Source: Candidatus Iainarchaeum sp. (GTDB lineage Archaea; Iainarchaeota; Iainarchaeia; JAGGVJ01). From it: a DNA stretch of 14,034 bases. The stretch covers positions 1 to 14,034 of the forward strand of contig JAGGVJ010000034.1 of assembly GCA_021158055.1 (NCBI GenBank). The letters run 5' to 3'. Below the pieces are notes generated by a model. It searched no databases. It was not told the DNA's origin and worked only from the letters and a program-made list of their open reading frames with translations. Positions 1 through 6,930 of the stretch are shown piece by piece. A program made the position numbers and the translations under genes. Within the stretch, counting starts at the first letter, position 1, and the number at the start of each line of letters is the position of its first letter.

Positions 1-43
1 GTTTTGGCGAAAACAAAAGAACAAAACAACACAGGTGTAAAAA

Positions 44-1675
44 TTGAGCGACAAAGAAACTGAAACCAAGGAAACAGAGAAAGACACAAAAGAAACAAAA
101 ATCGAAAAAGAAGAAATAAATATTCAGGAAGAAAACGAAGGCAGTGAAGAGCAAGAAAAAACCAAAAGCAAAGAAAAACCCGATGACTCCAGTGCCAAAG
201 ACACTGCTGCTGAAGAAACCGCAGACTCCGATGCAGAAGACGATGACGACCCTGAAAACGAAAACATTGACGAATTACTTGATTCAATTTCAAAACAAAG
301 CGGAAAAACCGTGGAAGAACTCAAAGGCCTTGTGAAAGAAAAACAAGACGAGTTCGGAGGGCTCCTCACAAAAGAAGCTGCCGCGCACACTATCGGCAGA
401 GAGCTCGGGGCAAAAATGAAAGTCACAACAAGCACACAGGAAAAAATAGGGGAAAAATTCACGATAGGCGACCTTGAAGACGGGCTTGAGAACGTGACCC
501 TGACTGCGAAAATAAACGCAGTATTCCCGACATACCACTTTGAAAAAACAAACGCAAAAGGAAGAGTGACAAACGTAGAGCTCATTGACGGGACAGGAAA
601 AATCCGCGTGGTGCTATGGAACGACGAAGGAAAACCTGTTGAAGAAGGGCTTCTGAACAAAGGGGACTGTGTTACACTCCACAGTGTGCAGGTTGCAAAA
701 AACCGGGAATTCCTTGAGCTCCGGATGGGTTACTCGGGAACAATGGAAAAATGCGAGGAAAGCAGCGAATGTGAAAACCTTCCCGAAATCAAAGTAAAAA
801 TCCTGAAAGTCAAAGAACTGAAGGCAGGGGAAAACGACGTTGACGTCGTTGCAAAAATCGGCGCAATATACGGGATAAGAAAATTCACTTCAGACCGCGG
901 GGAAGGAAAAGTAGCAAACGTACTCATAGCCGACGGGGAAGACACTTCAAGGCTCGTGCTCTGGAACAACGCAACAAGAGCACTGAAAAACCTCAACCGG
1001 GGAGACACAATAAAAATAGAAAACGCATACACCAAAGACGGCATGAACGGCGTTGAAGTGCACGCGGGATGGAGGACAAGAATAATCGCAAACCCGCAAG
1101 GAGTTGAAGAGCCAAAACCGCTTGTTGCAAGAAACAAAAAAATCAGCGAACTTGAAGACAGGGACTTCAACGTGAAAGTGGAAGGGATACTTGTTGACCT
1201 GCAGGAACAAAAAGGATTCTTCTACAGCTGCCCGACATGCAAAAAAGGACTGCGTGACGGAGAATGCAAAGAACACGGCAATGTTGAAGGCGTGCCTGAA
1301 CTTGTCAGCACCGGAACACTCGACGACGGCACAGGAACAATCCAGGTAGTATTCTACAGGAAAAACGCCGAAGCACTTCTCGGAACAACCGCACAAGAAG
1401 CAGTCAACAAAATAGAGGAAACCGGAGACGAATTTGCCCCCATAAACGACGCAAAAGAATCAGTTGTCGGAAAAGAATTCGTGATAGAGGGAAACGTGAA
1501 ATTCAATGAAATGCGCGGGGAAAAAGAGCTCATTGTAAATTTCTTCACAAAAAACGACGGAAATCCGGGAAAGACAACCGAAGAGAAAACGGAAACAAAA
1601 ACTGAAGAAAAACCTAAGAAAACAGATGCCCTTGAAGAAATAGAACGCGAACTTGAAGAAGAAACAGAAAAATAA
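44..1675 (+). CDS. rpa: Replication protein A (multi-OB-fold ssDNA-binding protein with Zn finger)
   Basis: TTG start with AGGTG SD at 33-37. Repeated OB-fold motifs (GRVTNVELIDGTGKIRVVLWND; GKVANVLIADGEDTSRLVLWNN; LDDGTGTIQVVFY), a CPTC-x8-C-x2-H zinc finger, a helical N-terminal domain (EFGGLLTKEAAA) and acidic termini. Adjacent to radA. Confidence 0.92.
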   Translation: MSDKETETKETEKDTKETKIEKEEINIQEENEGSEEQEKTKSKEKPDDSSAKDTAAEETADSDAEDDDDPENENIDELLDSISKQSGKTVEELKGLVKEKQDEFGGLLTKEAAAHTIGRELGAKMKVTTSTQEKIGEKFTIGDLEDGLENVTLTAKINAVFPTYHFEKTNAKGRVTNVELIDGTGKIRVVLWNDEGKPVEEGLLNKGDCVTLHSVQVAKNREFLELRMGYSGTMEKCEESSECENLPEIKVKILKVKELKAGENDVDVVAKIGAIYGIRKFTSDRGEGKVANVLIADGEDTSRLVLWNNATRALKNLNRGDTIKIENAYTKDGMNGVEVHAGWRTRIIANPQGVEEPKPLVARNKKISELEDRDFNVKVEGILVDLQEQKGFFYSCPTCKKGLRDGECKEHGNVEGVPELVSTGTLDDGTGTIQVVFYRKNAEALLGTTAQEAVNKIEETGDEFAPINDAKESVVGKEFVIEGNVKFNEMRGEKELIVNFFTKNDGNPGKTTEEKTETKTEEKPKKTDALEEIERELEEETEK

Positions 1676-1677
1676 CA

Positions 1678-1776
1678 TTGCCGGGCAAAAATACCGGCAA
1701 AAGAAAAAAGCCAAAACCAAGGGCATTAACTGAAGTCTGATATTACCGGCAAGCCACTCTAAAGAAGGTTTTTAAG
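1678..1776 (+). promoter_or_regulatory. Putative radA promoter with upstream CCGGCAA repeats
   Basis: Purine-rich BRE-like AAAGAAGG (1761-1768) followed by TTTTTAAG (1769-1776). TTGCCGG (1678-1684) and CCGGCAA (1694-1700) form an inverted repeat; TACCGGCAA recurs at 1692-1700 and 1744-1752. Confidence 0.4.
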
Positions 1777-1821
1777 CAGACAAGGAAGTTTGATTAATTC
1801 CGACCCAAAGGAGGGCTTGTC

Positions 1822-2928
1822 ATGGTAAAAACAAAAGCAATCAAAACAACTGAAGAAGAACCCAAAATGGAAACTGAAGAAGAACCCAAAATGGAAACTG
1901 AAAAAGAAGAAACAGAACTTAAAGAATCAACAAAGCTGGAAAACGCGGAAGAATCAATCGAACAGGAAGAAACTGATTCAAAACTAAAGCCAAAAATAAC
2001 AGAAATAGAAGACCTTCCGGGCGTCGGACCAACCACCGCTACAAAACTTCGCGAGGCAGGATACGACAACCTCGAAAGCATTTCCGTTGCATCCCCTGCA
2101 GAAATAGTCGAAGTGGCAGCGCTTGGAGAAGCCACTGCAGCAAAAGTGATCGAGGCCGCAAGAGAAGCCCAGGACATGGGTTACGAGACAGCAGCAGACC
2201 TCATGATAAGACGAAGAATAATCGGAAGACTTACAACAGGAGCCGCTGAAGTGAACGAACTTCTAAACGGCGGAATAGAAACCCAGAGCATTACCGAAGT
2301 GTATGGAAAATACGGGTGCGGAAAAAGCCAGCTCGCAATGCAGCTTGCAGTGAACGTCCAGCTCCCCTACGACAAAGGAGGGCTTGAAGGCGGAGTGCTT
2401 TTTATAGACACGGAAGGCACTTTCAGGCCTGAAAGAATCATCCAGATGGCAGAACACCTTGGGATGAACAGCGAACAAGTGCTCAAAAGCATTCATGTGG
2501 CACGCGCCTACAACTCAGACCACCAAATGCTCCTGGCTGAAAAAGCGGCAGAACTCATAAAAGAAAAAAACATTCGCCTGGTGGTGGTTGACTCACTCAC
2601 AGCACACTTTCGCGCGGAATACGTGGGAAGGGGAACCCTTGCAAACAGGCAGCAAAAGCTCAACCGGCACATGCACACGCTTGCAAAACTCTCGGATTTA
2701 CACAACATAATAATCTTTGTTACAAACCAGGTAATGTCAAGACCAGACATCATGTTCGGAGACCCGACCGCTCCAATCGGCGGCCACATTGTAGGGCACA
2801 CTGCAACTTATCGGATATACCTGCGGAAAAGCAAGGGAGAAAAAAGAATTGCGAAACTCGTCGACTCCCCATGCCTTCCGGATGGGGAAGCACTCTTCAG
2901 CGTCACGGAAAATGGAATAGAAGAGTGA
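1822..2928 (+). CDS. radA: DNA repair and recombination protein RadA
   Basis: AGGAGG SD at 1809-1814. HhH domain ([19 protein letters not shown]), Walker [22 protein letters not shown], Walker [32 protein letters not shown]. No intein. Confidence 0.98.
   Translation: MVKTKAIKTTEEEPKMETEEEPKMETEKEETELKESTKLENAEESIEQEETDSKLKPKITEIEDLPGVGPTTATKLREAGYDNLESISVASPAEIVEVAALGEATAAKVIEAAREAQDMGYETAADLMIRRRIIGRLTTGAAEVNELLNGGIETQSITEVYGKYGCGKSQLAMQLAVNVQLPYDKGGLEGGVLFIDTEGTFRPERIIQMAEHLGMNSEQVLKSIHVARAYNSDHQMLLAEKAAELIKEKNIRLVVVDSLTAHFRAEYVGRGTLANRQQKLNRHMHTLAKLSDLHNIIIFVTNQVMSRPDIMFGDPTAPIGGHIVGHTATYRIYLRKSKGEKRIAKLVDSPCLPDGEALFSVTENGIEE
1848..1902 (+). repeat. 24-bp perfect tandem repeat (about 2.3 copies) in the radA 5' region
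   Basis: ACTGAAGAAGAACCCAAAATGGAA at 1849-1872 and 1873-1896, plus a partial third copy; encodes TEEEPKME twice. Confidence 0.95.
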
Positions 2929-2943
2929 CCCAGACAAACCCTC

Positions 2944-2963
2944 GGGGCGAAACCTCTCGCCCC
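2944..2963. terminator. GC-rich hairpin between convergent radA and radical SAM genes
   Basis: GGGGCGA-AACCTC-TCGCCCC, a perfect 7-bp stem 15 nt after the radA stop; T-run at 2994-2999. The terminator or 3'-stability role is inferred. Confidence 0.45.
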
Positions 2964-2998
2964 ACACATCCTATCTACAAGTTAAAAATTCAATTTTT

Positions 2999-4075
2999 TC
3001 AATTTGGAGAAGGAGGTTTGAACGGCGGGTAAAGAGGCTTTTTTTCAAAATCCCACGGCTTGAAAACAGGATACTCAAGCACATCAAAGGACTTTAAATC
3101 AAGTGAAGAAAATTTCTTTGCAATCTTTACAGCGGTCTTTAAATCACATTCAATCCTGCACTTTTCCTCATCAAAAAACACCTTCGGACCCTTTTTGATT
3201 TCAGACCACGCCTTTTTGACGTTTTCAGGGCTTCCTTCAACAACACCTTTTCTCTTGAAGCCCTCGTTTGTCACCGACTCAAACGGCTTTCTGGTGTTTC
3301 TTGCCCTTCTCTTCAACCGGTTTACCAGCTGGACCCCGTTTTTTGTTTTCACAGAACAAAACTGAGCTTTTACATCTGTTTTTTCAAACCTCAAAAGAGC
3401 TTCAAGCGCAAGTTCCCTTGAACCTGAAACAGCGTACGTGTACTCGTCTCTTGGCCTGCACCCTTCTTTAATCATCTGATCCCAGTTTGAATCAGAAAAC
3501 TCAAGCTCATTGATGTTTATAAACTCAATATTATTTTCAATCACAAAATCAACAAGAGAAAAAAGCTCTTCTTTCCGGCTTGGAATCGCAGGCACTTCAA
3601 CACCCACACTCAACGAAGACTTCAAAGCTGGAAAAATCCTTTCCCTGTCTTTTCCAAGCAAATGAAAACGAACCTCGTCAAGCCCTGCATTTTCAAGCGC
3701 TTCAATCTCTTTTTCTCCTGCAAGGTCGCCGAAAGTGTAAAGGTGAATGTGAAAATCTTTTCCAAACTCTTTTTTCAGTGCCTTGATATAGGACACTACC
3801 CTGTCAAGCACCAAAAACGGCTCTCCCCCGGTAATGCTTGCGCCGCGTGCATCCATTGCCTTTGCTTCTTCAATAATATCCGAGACCCTGAAAACAGGGC
3901 GTTCGTTTGCCGCCTGAACATCTTTTCCGCCGCGCTCAACACTTATCGGGCAATACCAGCAATTTTGCCTGCAAACACCTGTTACAAAAACAACCATTTT
4001 TTCCCCGGGCCAGCAATACTTACAGCCCTTAGCGCAACCGTTCACCATTTTGGCGCCGAAAGAATTAATCAACAT
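2999..4075 (-). CDS. Archaeal radical SAM protein, COG2108-like (function unknown)
   Basis: CRQNCWYC (CX3CX2C), SITGGEP, ANERPV, FHIHLYT, GLDEVRFH, FININELEFS. ATG at 4075 is preferred over the TTG at 4120 because the first 15 codons of the track ORF look non-coding. Confidence 0.9.
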   Translation of the reverse strand: MLINSFGAKMVNGCAKGCKYCWPGEKMVVFVTGVCRQNCWYCPISVERGGKDVQAANERPVFRVSDIIEEAKAMDARGASITGGEPFLVLDRVVSYIKALKKEFGKDFHIHLYTFGDLAGEKEIEALENAGLDEVRFHLLGKDRERIFPALKSSLSVGVEVPAIPSRKEELFSLVDFVIENNIEFININELEFSDSNWDQMIKEGCRPRDEYTYAVSGSRELALEALLRFEKTDVKAQFCSVKTKNGVQLVNRLKRRARNTRKPFESVTNEGFKRKGVVEGSPENVKKAWSEIKKGPKVFFDEEKCRIECDLKTAVKIAKKFSSLDLKSFDVLEYPVFKPWDFEKKPLYPPFKPPSPN

Positions 4076-4126
4076 GAAACAACTGTGTCTTTGAAAACAT
4101 AAATTGTTTGCTAAACCCAAAGCTTT

Positions 4127-4178
4127 TTATACATAAATATGTATAGCTACTTATAAATGCTTATACATAAATATGTAT
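4127..4178. promoter_or_regulatory. Twin palindromic operator-like sites flanking a TATA-like box
   Basis: TTATACATAAATATGTAT is identical at 4127-4144 and 4161-4178. Copy 1 is a perfect TATACATA-AA-TATGTATA palindrome (4128-4145). TTATAAAT lies between the copies at 4151-4158. Confidence 0.65.
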
Positions 4179-4208
4179 TAAACTACAAAACATAAAAACT
4201 AAACCGAC

Positions 4209-4240
4209 GTCAATTACCCCTCCCTTTCGGAAGGGGTCTT
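4209..4240 (-). mobile_element. Orphan IS200/IS605-superfamily (TnpB/IscB-type) end hairpin remnant
   Basis: The minus strand reads AAG-ACCCCTTCC-GAAA-GGGAGGGGT-AATTGAC: a 9-bp stem (one G-U) with a GAAA loop, then a short tail ending TGAC. This resembles IS605-type ends of the form GTCAAYTACCCC...GGGGCTT. No tnpA, tnpB or iscB is present in the window. Confidence 0.55.
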
Positions 4241-4294
4241 ACTATGAGGATAAAACCATAAACAGATATAAAAAATAACACTTCATGTGATAAA

Positions 4295-5743
4295 ATGATA
4301 ATAAAATACACTTTAGCAAAACTTGCTGAGGCTCCCATACTTATAAAAAACCACATAGAAAAAAACGGTGAAAAACTCAAATTCAGGCGACCATATTTTC
4401 GCATTAAAAAATATGTGGACAATTTTTTGTTAGGTGAAAAACTTGGCAACATAGAAAACCGACTCATCATATTACCAGGTCTAAGGGGTGTTGGAAAAAC
4501 AACTCTGGTTTTTCAGATATATGACTATCTAAAAAATGTAAAAAAAATAGATCAAAGCAGACTGTTATATTTCTCGGCAGATGAATTAAAAATATGCACC
4601 GACAACAAAATAATCGACGTAATAAACACCTTTATCCAGGACATACATCAAACAACAGCAATCAACCTTGATGAAAACCTATTTATCTTTGTAGATGAAG
4701 CGCATTTTGACAATGACTGGGCGCAAGCAGCAAAAATAATGTTTGACAAAAGCAAAAAAATATTTTTGATATTTACAGGGTCTTCTGCACTAAATCTTGA
4801 ACTTAATGTGGACATTGCAAGAAGAGCTTTAAAAGAAACAATTTTTCCAATGAATTTTTCAGAATACATTACATTCAAATACAATATTTTCCCCCCAGCA
4901 CACACAGCGGAAAGCATAAAACAATTATTGTTTGCACCAGATGACTTTTCATTAAAAGATGCACAAAATAAAGAAAACGAACTGATAAAAACAACACTTT
5001 CAATTGGAAAACCAGTTGAAAAAGAACTTATGTCTTTTTTATGCTGCAATGGTTTTCCATTTGGATTAACTACAGAACCAATCGAAACCCACCAAAAGCT
5101 TTTCAATGTAGTTGAAAGAATTGTAGAAAAAGACATTTTTTCTATACAATCATTCAACACCGACACAAAAGACACAATCTCACGAATAATTGTTTTCCTT
5201 GCCCTTCAAAAACCCGGCGGGACTTCTGACTCAAAACTTGCTCAAAGACTTGAAACTTCACCAACACTCATAAGAACCATTCTTGAAGTTTTAGAAAAAA
5301 GCCATTTAATATTCAGCATCAAACCATATGGCGGCGCTGGAAAAACAGTAAGAAAACCATGGAAATACTATTTTCTTTCACCTTCAATAAACGCAGCAAT
5401 AAGATCTAAACTTGGAGCATACAACACAACAGACAGAGACATGCTTGGCACTTTGGCAGAAAATCTTGTCGCTGCAACTTTTTTCAGGATGAAAGAAACA
5501 ACAAATATACCCACAGGAATATTTTATGACTCCAATAAAGGCGGTGTTGATTTTTTACTCAAAGACATTAACAACAACATAATTCCAATAGAAGTTGGCA
5601 TTGGCAAAAAAAACAAAAAACAAATCAAAAACGCCATAAAAAACTACAAATCAAAATACGGTTTTGTTATATGTAACATTGAAAAAATAACAAAAAAAGA
5701 CAACATAATTTTCATTCCATTAACCACTTTTTCATTCAGCTAA
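4295..5743 (+). CDS. AAA+ ATPase, COG1373 type (AAA_14 + HTH + DUF4143/PD-(D/E)XK-like C-terminus)
   Basis: Walker A GLRGVGKT, Walker B IFVDEAH, FTGSS, IFPMNFSEY, GFP, an HTH-like segment (SKLAQRLETSPTLIRTILEVLEKSHLI), LAENLV and GVDFLL...IPIEVG. Confidence 0.9.
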   Translation: MIIKYTLAKLAEAPILIKNHIEKNGEKLKFRRPYFRIKKYVDNFLLGEKLGNIENRLIILPGLRGVGKTTLVFQIYDYLKNVKKIDQSRLLYFSADELKICTDNKIIDVINTFIQDIHQTTAINLDENLFIFVDEAHFDNDWAQAAKIMFDKSKKIFLIFTGSSALNLELNVDIARRALKETIFPMNFSEYITFKYNIFPPAHTAESIKQLLFAPDDFSLKDAQNKENELIKTTLSIGKPVEKELMSFLCCNGFPFGLTTEPIETHQKLFNVVERIVEKDIFSIQSFNTDTKDTISRIIVFLALQKPGGTSDSKLAQRLETSPTLIRTILEVLEKSHLIFSIKPYGGAGKTVRKPWKYYFLSPSINAAIRSKLGAYNTTDRDMLGTLAENLVAATFFRMKETTNIPTGIFYDSNKGGVDFLLKDINNNIIPIEVGIGKKNKKQIKNAIKNYKSKYGFVICNIEKITKKDNIIFIPLTTFSFS

Positions 5744-5790
5744 ACTTCCACCCATAAAATTTTATCAAACACAATAAAAAATAAGAAAAC

Positions 5791-5833
5791 TTTTTAAATA
5801 TGAATGGTCGTATATATGAATGTGAATTCATAT
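5791..5833 (+). promoter_or_regulatory. Promoter and ArsR/SmtB-type operator of the chaperone operon
   Basis: TTTTTAAATA at 5791-5800 after a purine-rich run. Perfect ATATGAAT-GTGA-ATTCATAT palindrome at 5814-5833 overlaps the ATG at 5832. A second ATATGAATG lies at 5798-5806. Confidence 0.75.
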
Positions 5834-6323
5834 GAACGATGATTTAAGGCAAAGACAAAATCTTTTAATGCAGGCATCTTTGTTCAAACTGCTCGGGGAC
5901 ACAAACCGGCTTCGTATAATCAGGATAATCAGCTATGAGCCGTCAAGCGTTTCCAACATATGCTGCGAACTCAAGCTTGAACAAAGCCTTGTTTCACACC
6001 ACCTATCAAATCTGCGAAAATTCAACGTCGTATCCTCGCAGCGGAACAACAAACAAATAATTTACTCAATAAAAAGAGACATGTTAAGCGAAGCACTGGA
6101 TCTTTTGGATCACTTCCTTGAACGGATAGAAACAGAAACAACCCTTGAAAAACTTCGCTGGAAAGAACTTGAAAGCAAGCACCGAAAAGAAAAAGAAATT
6201 GAAGCTGAAATTTACAGAAAAGGACCAGAGGCAAAAAAGCAGGAAGAAAAATACGAAGACACGGATGAATTTTCAAACAACCAATATGAATTCAAAAAAG
6301 ACATCTTAGAGCTGATCAGATGA
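5832..6323 (+). CDS. ArsR/SmtB-family winged-HTH transcriptional regulator with charged C-terminal extension
   Basis: FKLLGDTNRLRII...SVSNICCELKLEQSLVSHHLSNLR...VSSQRNNKQIIYSI. Its stop overlaps the grpE start (ATGA, 6320-6323). Confidence 0.9.
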   Translation: MNDDLRQRQNLLMQASLFKLLGDTNRLRIIRIISYEPSSVSNICCELKLEQSLVSHHLSNLRKFNVVSSQRNNKQIIYSIKRDMLSEALDLLDHFLERIETETTLEKLRWKELESKHRKEKEIEAEIYRKGPEAKKQEEKYEDTDEFSNNQYEFKKDILELIR

Positions 6324-6865
6324 ATAAAAATAACTTAAAACCCCCACTTCAAGATGAAAATAAAAACAATAGCAAAACAAAAAAAGGAAACAAAGAGGAA
6401 ACCGCGGAAAAAACAACAAAAACAAAAGAACAGGAAGAAAAAATAAACGAACTTGAAGAACAACTGCAGAGAACAACTGCTGACTTTGAAAACTACAAAA
6501 AATGGGTAGATCGCCAGACAAGCGAACAAATCCAGTTTGCAGGGGAAAAAATACTCAAAAAACTCATTGACTTCTACGATGACCTGGAACGCGTAATAAA
6601 CGCTTCAAAAATCCAGTCCTCAAAAGAAATTATTGAAGGCCTTGAGCTTTTGGACAAAAAATTCAAAAAACTGCTTGAAGAAGAAAACGTAAAACCGATG
6701 AACTGCATCGGGCAACAATTTGACCCGTACTTTCACGAGGCATTCGCCCAGGAAAAAGGCAAAGAAGAGAACATCATACTCGAGGAACTTCAAAAAGGAT
6801 ACTTTCTCAACTCACACGTATTAAGACACGCAAAAGTCAAAGTGTCCCAAAAGCAAAAAGATTAG
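6320..6865 (+). CDS. grpE: Nucleotide exchange factor GrpE
   Basis: ADFENYKK, DDLER, GQQFDPYFHEA, QKGYFLNSHVLRHAKVKVS; directly upstream of dnaK. Confidence 0.96.
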   Translation: MNKNNLKPPLQDENKNNSKTKKGNKEETAEKTTKTKEQEEKINELEEQLQRTTADFENYKKWVDRQTSEQIQFAGEKILKKLIDFYDDLERVINASKIQSSKEIIEGLELLDKKFKKLLEEENVKPMNCIGQQFDPYFHEAFAQEKGKEENIILEELQKGYFLNSHVLRHAKVKVSQKQKD

Positions 6866-6930
6866 AAAACAAAAACAAACAAATGGAAAATAAAAAAAAA
6901 TTTAAAAAGAAAAAATAACGGGTGAAAAAA

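Noticed and set aside
2926-2985. Possible selenocysteine/readthrough at the radA TGA followed by a hairpin
   Set aside because: RadA ends at its normal C-terminus (GIEE), the hairpin lacks an archaeal SECIS-type internal loop, and the short extension has no recognisable features.
4076-4120. N-terminal extension of the radical SAM ORF from TTG 4120
   Set aside because: No SD or family-like sequence; a TATA-like TTTATG (minus strand, 4103-4098) better fits a near-leaderless start at ATG 4075.
4127-4178. Mini-CRISPR interpretation of the 18-bp direct repeat
   Set aside because: Only two copies, repeat and 16-nt spacer too short, and no cas genes; an operator pair fits better.
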